A stretch of DNA of 64,000 nucleotides from Eledone cirrhosa (lineage: Eukaryota), in NCBI GenBank assembly GCA_964016885.1, contig CAXHJY010001087.1, positions 62,001-126,000 on the forward strand, read 5' to 3'. The notes below the pieces were generated by a model. That model saw only the letters and a list, made by a program, of their open reading frames with translations, searched no databases and was not told where the DNA came from. Positions 27,533-40,048 of the stretch are shown here, piece by piece (position 1 is the first letter of the stretch; every line of letters begins with the position of its first letter). The position numbers and the translations under genes are program-made.

Positions 27533-28362
27533 AGTCAATCTCTTCTCTTGAGTTAAACTTTTGATTTTTAAGAATTTATAACCCAAATGTGTCACCTTAA
27601 TTAATATCACCTGTTTCATTGTATTGGCTATTCATCAATTTAGATTTCAGTATTAATTAAAAACAATCATTTATTCACAATTGATGTAATATTTTATTTG
27701 TAAAATTGTGCTATGAATGTCATGATTGAAAATAGAAGTGGCGGCTAACATATTGAATGTAATAATGCTTAATTAGTTATACCATCTGAGTTAATAACTC
27801 TTGTCAAGAAAGGCAAGGGAAATAACTCTAAAATCCAAAATGAATAAAAACTTAAGAGTGAAGAGTGATTCTGATCTTTGATGCATACAGTGATAACTCA
27901 GGACATGTTTTGATCTTGTGAAACTTACTCTGCCAAGCATAGTCTTAGGATTTTCAGAGTTATCTCCCTTGCCTTTCTTTATAACAATTATCATTAACAT
28001 TGTTTGTTTTCCTCATTAAGTAAGAAAGTAAATGGACCTTCATCAATTTCGACAAGTTTTCCTGTTCTTTGATCAATGGGATGGCCTATTCATTAAATTA
28101 ATGTGTAAATAGCTGAGTATTCCACAGACACAAATTACTGCTAACAATTCTCAGGGAGATTCAGCATGACACAGTGTGTGACAATGCTGGCCTTGGAATT
28201 ACAGGTACATTTCATCCAACAGGCTTCCACACAGTTTCCACCTACCCAGTTTCATTTTTAAGGCTTGGGTAAAAGATACTCAAGATAGCATGCAGTGGGA
28301 CTGAACCTAGTATCTCATGATTGTGGTGCAAACATTTTACCAATTCATCCATAAGTGTAGCT

Positions 28363-28589
28363 TTAACTCTTTGAGTACCACTGCTACCATTTTTCATATT
28401 TTATTGCCCCTGAATGTAATTATATGTTAATTATTTTGGCCTTTTCCAAGAAATCGTTCAAAATAGAATAAAAGCAATATTTTGATCAAGTTTGCTTTAT
28501 TTACTTTGTTTGGACCTAAAACATACTGATTATACCTTTGGTACATAAGATGCAGGAGATAAAAGATGTACCAGTAAGTCAAGAGTTAA
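28363..28589. mobile_element. TTAA-flanked MITE (piggyBac-like); similar remnants at 12313-12509 and 28964-29248
   Basis: TTAACTCTTTGAGTAC...GTAAGTCAAGAGTTAA imperfect TIRs. Confidence 0.45.
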
Positions 28590-29487
28590 ATGATTAAACA
28601 ATTTATTTATTAATGTTCAGTACATTTATTATGTCAGCTCCCACTTAACTATATGTTGTTCATACAGATGGCAACCCTGGATAATCTTTTCCTATGCTAT
28701 TACATTGGAAAGCATATAATTTATATCAGAAATTATAATTTAAAGATGATGGCTATGAAGGTTTGTTCTTTACTATCTAGAAAGTTTAATTTTTTCTAAC
28801 TATAACTGTAATCTCTATATATTTAAATCTTTAACCCTTTTAATAACACAACACCTGAAATCGATTTTCATTCTACAATACAGAGCTATTTATTTTAGAA
28901 TGTTTATATTCATGTAAAACCTCCCATCATAATTTTATAGAAGAATCTTAGTTAAACTTCAGCTTAACCCATTTGTTACCTTATTTCTAATGAAACACAT
29001 TGCCTGTGTGCTTCAGTTAATTTTGAAAATAATCAAATATTTGGAGTATTAATGACAGAATAATTAAAACGTTGCTTAAAAAAGTTTCAGGAATAAAATT
29101 ATGATGGAAGGATTTTTGCTAAGGTAAGATTCTTTTGTGATTTAATTTTCTTTCTAACTCTGTTATAAATATAAATATTTTAAAATTGAGCAGTTTTGTA
29201 TCATAAATCCAGGGCTGTTGCAGACAGTTTGGTATCAAAAAGATTAAATATTAGAAAGTTAGATGGATTATTAAATCCCTTCAAATTATCATTATTTTCA
29301 AAATTACTTGAAAATCATAGGCAGTGTCTTTCATTAGAACTATGATAGGAAAAGTATTAAAATGTTTCTCCAAAATGCTAAACCCTCTCTGCCAATGTAA
29401 ATTCCATTGTAGATATCCATAGCTTATTGATTTTTTAAAATTATATAAATAAGATCTATTTTTAAAAACGTTGAGCGGATATGTATG

Positions 29488-29726
29488 TATTGAAAATTAA
29501 CCTAGAGTTAGAGGCTTCGACGCACATTTTTTTTACTATGAAAAATAGTCTAACAAATTGGGGATAGAAGCCCCTGGATGGAAAAAATTTGACCATTCAC
29601 CATATAGCAAATATGTGTCCCACAGGCGATGCTACCAACTTCTTTTATGCCAAATTTATTAGACTATTTTCCATAGTCAAAAAAATTCATGCATTGAAGC
29701 TTCTAACTCTAGGTTAATTTTCAATA
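29488..29726. repeat. Inverted repeat with about 75-bp arms
   Basis: TATTGAAAATTAACCTAGAGTTAGA...AATTGG versus CCAAATTTATTAGAC...TCTAACTCTAGGTTAATTTTCAATA. Confidence 0.8.
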
Positions 29727-29729
29727 AAT

Positions 29730-31366
29730 AAGTATATATGCGGAGTTGTATATCCCTGAAGTGCTCAGTGAAACAATCCACCAAATGGTGTCCTATTTGT
29801 CCAATGTATATGGATCCAAAAAGAGAACACCGGAGGGTATAGACTACATGGGGACAGATGAAGGAGTGGTGGATACGAAATGAACCATTAGTGTCTGTGA
29901 GAGGGACAGGTGTTACAGTAGAGACGAGAGCAGGGGTGGGATGAGAGGGATGTGATAGGGTTGGTTTCACGGGTGCAGGTGAGGGCAGTTTGGATCAGGG
30001 TGCGGGACATCCACACGGGATGAAGTGGGAGGCCATGGGTTGGGACTAGGTCTTGGAATTGTGGTCATGGTTACAGAGCCAATAAAGACGAAGAAATTGG
30101 GAGTAGGGTATGGAGAGTTTGGTGTGGGTGGGATGGGAGGAGGTAAAGTACTAGGATATAGGGCAGGGCATAAATCTAAAAAATGTTGAACAGCGCAGAC
30201 GACGTCATCATGAGGGATGATGGTGTAAGGAGTTAAACAGTCGAAGGACATGATTAGTGTCATGGGTGTAAGAGGGGAGGTCAGTTACTAGGATGTGAGG
30301 AGGGTGTCTAGGTATTGAGAGATAATTTCAGTAGGGAGTTAAAGACTGAAACGATAGGGTGGTGGGGATTATCAGGCTTATGTATCTTGGGGAGGAAGTA
30401 GATGGTGGGTGTACTATAAGATTAGTAGCAGTAGGGAGTATGAGGGACAAGATGAGTTGGTGAATGGTGGAGGATAGGAGCTGTTGGTAGCCTGGGGTGG
30501 GGTCAGAGGATAAAGGCCAGTAAAATGGGTATTGTGAAGTTGGTAGAGGGCCTCAGTCCTGCGTGCAAACACCACCACAGTACCACCTTTATCAGCAAGT
30601 TTGATGACAATGTCATTGTGGTGCTGTAGGCTGCACAGAGTGGAGAGTTCAATCTGAATGAGGTTGGTGTGATGAGAGTGCTTCCGGAAATTGAAGCAGT
30701 TCAAAGTGCTTCAACAAGTTTCCACAAATGTCTCAAGGATGCTGAACTGCCCCAAGCTTGAGGTCCACTGGCATTTTCGACAGCTGAGACTTGTGAAACA
30801 GTCTGTTTGGGCCGATGATGGTGTATTGTAAAAGAATGCCTGTAGCTTTAGATGACGTAAGAACCATTCAACCTCAGCACGTGTTCTCATTGCATGTGGA
30901 TGTGGTGGGTAAGAAGTACAAACCCCTGGCAAGGAGGGAGCACTTGGCTTCGGATAGCTACAGATAGTGTTAAGTTAAAGGGTATGGGGACAATCGTATA
31001 AGAGGTACTTGAGGAGAAGAAATTGAAAATACGAGTTTTTAAGAATATTTATCTACTTTAGTAAATAAGTATTCTTAAGTCTCCATTTGCATTTTCAATT
31101 TCTTTTCCTTATATTTTTACCTGTGGGGGACATTTAAAAAAAACCTCACTCAGATTGAACTCTCCACTCTGTGCAGCCTACAGCACCACAATGACATCGT
31201 CATCAAACTTGCTGATAAAGGTGGTACTGTGGTGGTGTCGCACGCAGGACTGAGGCCCTCTACCAACTTCACAATATCCATTTTACTGGCCTTTATCCCC
31301 TGACCCCACCCCAGGCTACCAGCAGCTCCTATCCTCCACCATTCACCAACTCATCTTGTCCCTCAT
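29730..31366 (-). mobile_element. Degenerate, internally deleted Penelope-like element with an inverted duplicate of part of its ORF
   Basis: Minus-strand fragments IKLADKGGTVVV, YFLPKIHKPDNP..PIVS, YTIIPHDD and GIY-YIG-like VVYTL...IYIGQ...FTEH; ~30439-30665 is repeated inverted at ~31142-31366. Confidence 0.75.
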
Positions 31367-31368
31367 AT

Positions 31369-31698
31369 GGAGGCACATGGCTTAGTGGTTAGAGCATTTG
31401 CCTTGCAATCGAAAGGTTGTGAGTTTCTCAGACTGGGTGATGTGTTGTTTCCTTGAGCAAGACACTTTATTTCACATTGCTCCAGTTTACTCAGCTGTAG
31501 AAATGAGATGATAGAGCTGGGGTCCCTATCATTCCACTGCAAAGTGGTTGTGGAGGTGCCATGGCAAAAAGCACCCAGCACTCACTGTAAATGAGGTTGG
31601 TGTTAGGAAGGGCATCCAGCTGTAGAAATCAAGCCAGAATCAGTTCCCGTCCCACCCTTGCAAGCAGGGAAAAGTGGACGTAAAATGATGATGATGAT
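31369..31698 (+). mobile_element. tRNA-derived SINE, near full length
   Basis: GGAGGCACATGGCTTAGTGGTTAGAGC head, conserved body, GGAAGGGCATCCAGCTGTAGAAA core, (TGA)n tail. Confidence 0.85.
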
Positions 31699-31948
31699 AT
31701 ATATATATATAAGGATCGATTGGCTTTCATCAAATCGGACCAAGGAAACAATGTTTCCGTTGGTCATTCCAGTTGCTAGTACTATCTATCAGTCACAACT
31801 CCAAGTAGAAGGAGCAACGTGAAATAAAGTGTCTTGCTCAAGGACATAATGCATCACCCGGTCCAGGAATCGAACTCACAACCTCAAGATTGTAAATCCA
31901 ATTCTCTAACCATTCAGCCACACGCCTTCACTTATACATATATATATG

Positions 31949-34900
31949 CAGTGGTGGATTAACAAAGTAAGCACGTGCTCAGGGCATCAAAGGAAGAAGG
32001 GGCACCTCAAAAATTTTTTATATGATGAATTTACAGTTTAAATTATTAAATTAATTCATTTTATAGCAATTTTCAAAATGAAATAAGAAATGAATAAATT
32101 TGTATAAACATAGTTGTTCATTTCAGTTTATTTGTTAAATCTCAGTTTTTCAGACGTTTATCCTTAGAAATTTTTCTGAAACTCCAATGTATTCTGGTTT
32201 AATTTTAAAATGGCTACATGCTTGTTGAAATGTTTTTGAAGGTTTATGAATATAGCCACCAGCTGAAAGTTTTTTGATACTCCCAATCCCAGCTAACCAA
32301 GGTTTATTTTCTGCTTCTTTTTATTAACAATTCTGTTCATTTTTTTTAGTTTTTTTACAAACTATTATTTGGGTTCACACCATCCTTTTTCAAATCTAAC
32401 CATCAGATCTAATTAACAGATCCCCCAAAAATCTAACCATTCAAATCTAATTAACAGATCCCAAAAACCAAGATGAAACGCATTCAGTTAAGTGGGGCAC
32501 AAAAACAAAAACTTTCAAACAAGAAACAAGAAAAAGCTTCGGAATTAGATTGCAAGACAGCAAAGCTGACTAATTTTTTCTCACAAGTTCCACAACATGA
32601 TTTACAGATTCCAGGTCAAAACCGATATACGTTATCTGAAGTAGACATGAATACGGCAAATACAACTTTGATTACTTCAGAATCAAAATATGATGACATT
32701 AGAAGTACCGAGATGTCGCAAGCATGTTCATCCAGCACATGTCTCACAACTGATCTTACTTTGCCTGTGAATTCTCTTTATTCGGATACCTCTACTGCAA
32801 ATGATGATAGGGCTCAAATAATTGCTGAAAATAGAAGTTTAGAGCACTATGGTGGTGAAATTAATTTGCCTGTAAAAAATGAAGAAAATTACAATTTAGC
32901 GAACGATCCAGGAATGTGGCTTGATTTCTCTGCTAATAATATAGCTTATTGGATTACTTGTGAAGCCAGTATTTGTCAACACCACAACGGGCCATTTGAA
33001 AAGTCTTGCCGTCATTTTAGTAGTGGCAAACCAGTAAGGTATTGCTCACAGAAACTTTTTATTGGGACAAAAGCCAATGGTGAAAAATACAAGAGAGAGT
33101 TACTCTATTCACCATCAAGAGGATCAGTTTATTGTTTTGTTTGTAAACTGTTTGCTCGTGAAAAAAATTCAATTTTTGTTTCAAGAGAAGGGTTCAGTGA
33201 TTGGCGGAATACTATTGTAATTGAAAAGCATGAGAAAAGCATTATTCACCAAGACTCTTTGCTGGCATATTTAACTGGCAGGCAAGGTGCGGGGTTAAAG
33301 TCAGATTTGGAGAAACAAATTCATGAAGAGTGCAATTACTGGGAACATGTTTTGAGGCGTGTCGTAGCTGTTATTTGTACGTTAGCTGAACGTGGCTTGC
33401 CTTAGGAAGTGATGAGAAGTTTGGATCGTTGCAAAATAGGAATTTTTTAGGGCTGCTTGAACTCATAAGCCAGTTTGATCCATTTTTAGCAGACCACATT
33501 TCTAAATATGGAAATTCTGGAAAAGGAAATCCTTCTTACATGTCAAAAACCACTATCGACGAAATTATTCAACTAATGGCACAAAAGGTCCGTGAGTTCA
33601 TTATTAACAAAGTTAAATCTTCTGGTTATTTTAGTTTGCCCATTGTGATTCAACACCAGATTTATCACATAGCGATCAATTGAGTGTTGTACTTAGGTAT
33701 TTACAAGATGGACAGCCTATTGAACGATTTTTAACCTTCATCATAATAGAAAACCACACTGGCGAGAATATGGCGAACCAGGTGCTGCTGCATTTACGTG
33801 AAGCTTGTGGGTTAAATGTTTCAAAATGTAGGGGTCAGACTTATGACAATGCTACTAACATGTCTGGGCGTTATAAGGGGATGCAGCAAAGAATTTTAGA
33901 AACAAACAACTTTGCTATATATGTGCCCTGTGCAGCTCATTCATTAAATCTTGTTGGCCGGAGTGCTGATGACTGCTGTCAAGAGGCTGTTAATTTTTTC
34001 TCCACAGTACAGTAACTCTATAATTTTTTTTCTGCTTCCACTAACTGCTGGAAAATTCTCAAAGATTGTATTAAGAATGAATGTGTCTTGAAATCCCTCT
34101 CTGATACAAGATGGGAAGCACATGCTATGGCAACAGCAGCAATCTTGAAATCGTTCCCTGAGATTTCCGAGGCATTAGAATATATAGCCGAAGATCAATC
34201 ACGAAAGGGAGACGCTAGAAGAGAGGCAAATAATATTGTTGATAAGATGCAAGAGCTAGAATTCGTTTTTATGTTGATTTTTTTAAATGAGATTTTGCAG
34301 AATTTTCACAGAGTAAGCAAAGTTCTACAAAATGAGGATGTGAACTTAAAGACATGTGCAGATCTCTATGTATCATTACCTGACCAACTGAACACCTCAC
34401 GAGATGAATTTGAAAGATATGAAAAAGAGGCGAAGGAAATTCTTCCAGATGTTGATTACAGGACAACTGCAACTCGCAAACGTATTAGAAAAAAAGTACC
34501 CAATGACAGAGATACAGCAGAAGTTTATTTAGATGCCAGAGATAAGTTTCGTATCACCACACTTTACACAATTGTTGACAAACTTGCAGCTGAGATGGAA
34601 AGAAGAGGAGAGATATACAAAGAAATGGCAGAGAAATTTTCTTTTCTTAGTGATGTGCCAAATATAGGCACTCCATCAGCTACTAATATTGAAAGGTATT
34701 CTCAGTACTGTCAAAAGTTGATCGATGCTTATCCAGAGGACTTCAATAGTAATTTCTCAGCTGAGCTTCAGCAGTTTCATTTATATGTGCGCAATAAGAT
34801 GAGTAGAACAGAAAATGTAAAAACAAGATTTAATCATGCTGAACTTTATAAAATTATTGTAAAAGACAATATTCAGTGTGCCTTTCCAAATGTAGACATA

Positions 34901-35291
34901 GCCTTTCGTATATTTTTAACATTAATGGTTACTAACTGCTCAGCGGAGCGTTCATTTTCACGGTTGAAATATATTAAAAATCCCTTCAGAACAACCATAC
35001 AACAATACAGGCTGGATGCTTTATCCCTATTGTGTATAGAAGCAGATGTGTTACGCAAGATTGGTTACAAGGATCTGATCAAAGACTTTGCAAGAAAAAA
35101 AAGCAGGAAAAAATTATTCAATAAATAAAATTATTTTCTCTCTTTCTGTATGTTTTGCTTTATTTTGAAATTTCAATAAATAAAACTTTAATTTACCATA
35201 TATTATTGTTTATTTTTTGATCTACAAATGTATGGGGGCACCATACAAATTTTTAGTGCTTAGGGTCTCTAAGGGTTTTAATCCGGCCCTG
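31949..35291 (+). mobile_element. hAT DNA transposon (ZMYM1/TTF-zinc-finger-type transposase), full length but disrupted
   Basis: TIRs CAGTGGTGGATTAA / TTAATCCGGCCCTG; 8-bp TSD TATATATG at 31941-31948 and 35292-35299; transposase pieces at 32473-35128. Confidence 0.92.
32473..35128 (+). pseudogene. hAT transposase pseudogene (about 4 ORF pieces)
   Basis: YCFVCKLF/GFSDW (TTF finger), NFLGLLELI, CRGQTYDNATNMSG, CAAHSLNL, LSDTRW, SAERSFSRLK; frameshifts or stops near 33405, 33650 and 34015. Confidence 0.9.
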
Positions 35292-35306
35292 TATATATGT
35301 ATATAA

Positions 35307-35360
<54 letters not shown>

Positions 35361-35364
<4 letters not shown>

Positions 35365-35649
35365 GAGATGAAATCGAAAATGCAACTGGAGTCTTATTTT
35401 TTAAAAAAATATATATATTTATTTGGTTCCTTTACCGGTTTCGCAGTTCTTCTGCTTTTCAAAAGGTGAGTTGAGATGGAGGGTCTGTGGTTTTTCTCAC
35501 ATCTCAGATGTGAGAAAAACCACAGACCCTCCATCTCAACTCATCTTTTAAAAAGCAGAAGAACTGCGAAACCGGTAAAGGAACCAAATAAATATATATA
35601 TTTAAAAAAAAATAAGACTCCAGTTGCATTTTCGATTTCATCTCTTTTT
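35361..35649. repeat. Near-perfect ~290-bp palindrome carrying degenerate HHR motifs (family B)
   Basis: Centre at 35505. Left arm (minus, 35429-35466) reads CCTT-TTGAAAA-GCAG aagaa CTGC-GAAA-CCGG-TA-AAGG, followed by AATAAA. Confidence 0.85.
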
Positions 35650-35712
35650 CTTTATACTTTCACTCGTGTAGGACACCTTGGTTATTTTTCATTTTGTAAA
35701 AAAAAACCTCAC

Positions 35713-35778
<66 letters not shown>

Positions 35779-35832
35779 GTATATGTATATATATGTATAT
35801 ATATGTATATATATATATATGTATATATATGT

Positions 35833-37577
35833 ATCATCATCATCATCATCATCAACGTTTAACGTCCGTGTTCCACGCTTGCATGGGTTTGGACGGGAGT
35901 TTTCCCACTTGAGGCAAGAGTGATTGTCTTGCTCGCATAGGACTGTCTGGCAGGTTTTCTACAGTTGGATGCCCTTCCTAACACCAACCACATTTACAGT
36001 GTGGGTCTGGGAGGTTTTTACCGTGTTGCCTACACGGCCACATTACAGCGTGGACTGTGTGTTTTTTTGTTGTGACACCTACGCGATCTCATTTGTTTCG
36101 GCCTGGATGGTGTGGCACCAACATAACTTTACATAGAAGGGGGCGGTGTGGATGGGGTGGGGGTGGTGGGACGGGGGTGTATTTTGTTAGAGATGACAAC
36201 TGGCTGTAGTAGGTTTTACTATGTATTTAGGTAAGGTGGGTCTTCTCTATTACTGAGTACCGCCAAAGGTCTCGGTCCAGTGACATTGTCTTGGAGAGGT
36301 GTAAGTGTGTGAGGTTGGAGTTTATTAGCTCGTCCCAGGTTTTTCTAGGTCTGCCTATTCCGTGGCTACCGTCTATCTTTATTGCCCTGCACTTTGTTAT
36401 ACAGCTATCGACTTTCATGCGCATCACGTGTCCATACCAACGTAGCCTTCTCTCGAGTAAACAACATCTGATCCCTCTTATTTCTAATTTTTTCCTTAGT
36501 TCGTTTATGCTTTGCCGTTCACGTATATTACTATTACACATCCAGCGGAGCATGCAAGCTTCGTTCCTCTCTAGTCTGCGTATATCCTCTGCACACAATG
36601 CTCAGGTCTCACCGCCATGCAACATTGCTGTTAGTATGCAGGCATCATACAACCTGCCTTTCATTTTTAGGGAGAACCCTTTAGCGGCTAATAGTGGTAT
36701 AAGCTCTCTGAACTTTTTCCATCCAGTTCTGACTCTAGCTACTGTACTTTCAGACACCCACCCCCACTGCTGATTTTGTCACCCAGGTAACGGAAGCTGT
36801 CCACTATTTCTATAGAGCCCTCTGCGCAGTTGAAAGAGCTAGTATTTTGTGGGCACTTGCTGCTACTTATTGCACCAGAGCACCGGCCACATGTGAAATC
36901 TATGTTCTTAGTTAGCTTACCTGTGATCCCACTACATCTTTTATGCACCCATACTTTGCATTTAGGACACAAAATGGAGTTTCTACCTATGCCTTTCCTA
37001 CACACTGAGCATGGCCACTTCCTGGAAGGGACCGCCGCCTTATTTTCTTTCCTACAAACTAGAACTTTGGTCTTAGCCAGGTTAATTTTAAGGCCTTTTG
37101 ATTCTAGGCCGTGCTTCCATGTTTGGAATTTCTTCTCTAGCTCAGCCATTGATTCAGCTATGAGTGTTAGGTCATCTGCGTATAGGAGTTCCCATGGGCA
37201 GCCGGTCTTGAACTCCTCTGTTATAGCCTGAAGGGCAATAATAAATAGTAGGGGGCTGAGAACAGAGCCCTGATGGACGCCAACTTTTACGCTAAACTCT
37301 TCACTATATTCGTTGTTAATTCTAACCTTGCTGACTGTTTCTTTATACATGGCTTGTATAGCTCTCACAAGCCATTCGTCGACACATAGTTTTCTAAGAG
37401 GCCACCAGATAATGGAACGGAGGACTCTGTCGAAGGCTTTCTCCAAGTCGACAAAAGCTAAGTATAGGGGTTTACTTTTAGCTAGGTACTTCTCCTGTAG
37501 TTGTCGTACAATGAAAAGAGCATCTGTGGTACTTTTGCCTGACACAAACCCGAACTGCATTTCATCTAGGTCAATTG
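35833..37577 (-). mobile_element. RTE-clade LINE, 5'-truncated
   Basis: RT motifs [29 protein letters not shown]; C-terminal [18 protein letters not shown]; 3' UTR and (TGA)n tail at 35833-35855. Confidence 0.92.
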
Positions 37578-37679
37578 TATGTATATATATATGTATATAT
37601 ATATATATATATATGTATATATAAATATATGTATGTATATATATATATGTATATATATATGTATATATATACATATCTC

Positions 37680-37711
<32 letters not shown>

Positions 37712-38369
37712 TGTATATATATGTATATATGTATATACATATATATGTATATAAATATCTTTAAGTCGTTTGGAAGCCTCGACAATGCAAATGGGTAAAT
37801 CTCCGGGTAACAAGGTCCGGTGGTGGAGAGAGAAATGTAAGTGGGTGTACGTTGAGATGCGTGGTGTGTATAAGATGTGTAGAATGAAGGGAAGAGTATA
37901 AAGGATAAAAATAAAAATAACAACACAAGAGAGAGTTACCTTGGGAGAGATTTAATAGTCCCTATATATTTCGGATTCACATCCATCAACTGGGTTTTTT
38001 TTCCGGGGTGGGGGAAAAGGTTGTCTGTCGTACAACGTCTTTCGCTGTTTGTTGTTTTGAATATCTGAGGTATTCGGCAGAACGCGCGTGCGCGAGAAAT
38101 GGGGTCGGTCGTACAGAGGTCAGCGGCCGAATGAGGGAGTGGGATAGCGCTAGCTGTCAGTCCATTCTCTGCCTGTTTGTTAAATGTTACTGTGTGTGTT
38201 GTGTGTGTGTGTTGTGTGTGTGTGTTGTTGCTTTGTTCATCTGTATTGGCAGTGTAGTATGTTCGCATGGTGGAATGCTACTGTGTGTGTGTGCGTGTGC
38301 GTGTGTGTAGTTGTCTCGTTTGCGTGTGTGTGTGTGCGTGTGTTGTGTGTTGTTGCATCGCTTGTTAAC

Positions 38370-40048
38370 TTAAACCAGCCATTTCATTTCGCTTCTCTCT
38401 GATCGGTTGTTTATTTGCGGTTGCAGTCGTTTGATAAAAAGCACTTCCTTGATACGTAACGTGCCGACGTTTCTTTCAGTCGCTAGAATTGTGACAATGG
38501 GCCTTCCGTCTTTGTTTCCGCATTTGTCTATGTGTTTCCGGAAAGACGAGGCCCTGGTTTTAGTGTGTTCCTTGATCCGGATGTGCAAAGGTCGAATTGT
38601 GCTACCTATGTAGTATTGGTTGCACCTGTCACATTCTATCTTATACACGACGTATGTGCGTAGGCAACAGTTAGCATGGCGTATCGGGCAGTCTCTGAGG
38701 GAGCATGCGTCAGTAGATTTTTCGGGTTTCCTGGAGAGGCATCTTCGCAGGGAGGGGCCCGAGTGGGCCAGGTGGATGTCGAGGCCCTCCCTCCGTATAG
38801 CCTTGCGGATAGCGTTGGTGGTTTTCTCGCCCAGGTGTGGCATTTTAAGGAAGCACTTGCCTTGGGTGCTTCTCTGTCTCTTGCGTCTGGTGTCTCCTAT
38901 TCTGTCTGTGATCGAGGTAGGGTACCCGTTCGTCTCCAGCACCTCGAGGAATCGCTTGGTATGAGTGACACCACTCGCGGGATCTCTGCATATGTTTTTG
39001 ATTCGCGCGATCTCGTTCGTGATGTATCCTCTTTTGGCACTGTTAGGGAGGGCGGACTTGTAGTGAACGAATAGGTCCCTGCAGGCTGCGTTTCTATAGA
39101 AGTTGCAGTGGATCCCTCCTTGTTCCGTGATGTTGATTCGGAAGTCAAGGAGGGCAAGTGACCCGTCTTCGTTGGGGTGTTCAACACTGAAGTCAATGTT
39201 CTCGTCCGTGTTGTTGAACGTCTCATAGATTCTGTTCGCCGTGTCTTGGGAAGATGTGAGGATGAGGATATCGTCCACGTATCTTGAGAAAAAGGCTACG
39301 GCGTTGGGGTGGCAGGCGTTGAGTGCCTTGCGTTCGAGGTTGTCCATGTAGGAGATCGCTAGCACACCTGATAGGCTTGATCCCATGGGCAATCCCGAGG
39401 TTTGTTGGTATATTTGGTCAAGGAATCCGAAGTAGGTGTTGTCGACGACGATGGATAGGAGTTGGTGGATGTCAGTGGTGGTGAACCCGAAGCAGTGTAG
39501 GTCGGTGGATTGGACGCGTTCCATTAGTATATTGACGGCCGGGAGTGCCGTGACCGAGGTGTAGAGAGCGACTACATCAAGGCTGAAGGCATATCTGTTA
39601 TTCCTTCTGGTGTCGGGATCCATTTGATGCAGGCGCTTCAACACCTCCTCGGAGCTGTTAACGTGTCCCGGCAAGGTGTCTAAGATGGGTTTGAGTATTC
39701 TGGCTAGGAGCCATGAAATTTTGTAGAGTGGTCCCTCCACGCTCGATACGATGGGCCTGATTTTCAGGTCAGGTCCCTGTTTGTGTGTTTTCATGAGGTG
39801 GTAGAAGGCGGGTAGTCTGCTGTTCCTCGTGAGGAGGTTGTATCTCAGCTTCTTCGGGAGCTTCCGCCGGTCGCAGATGTTGGTCCAGGCGGAGTTGATG
39901 TGTTCTTCTATCTGCGCGGGAGTGATTCCCGTGACCTTGGAGTAGAGGTTGTCATCGTCAAGGTGTTGGAGGGCCAGGGTGTTGTAGGCCTCTCTGCTGA
40001 TGACGCAGAATTCTTTTCCCTTGTCGGAGGGGAGATAGATGAGGTTCT
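38370..40048 (-). CDS. Penelope-type RT + GIY-YIG endonuclease, N-terminally truncated, open frame with intact YVDD
   Basis: SDKG, IRPIVS, SLDVVALYTSV, GLPMGSSLS, RYVDD, VVYKIEC..C..YYIGST.R, KE...IK...PQINN. Confidence 0.85.

Noticed and set aside
37577-37926. N-terminal extension of the 395-aa RTE ORF
   Set aside because: Chance read-through from the Penelope 3' end and (TA)n into a 5'-truncated RTE; not a real fusion protein.
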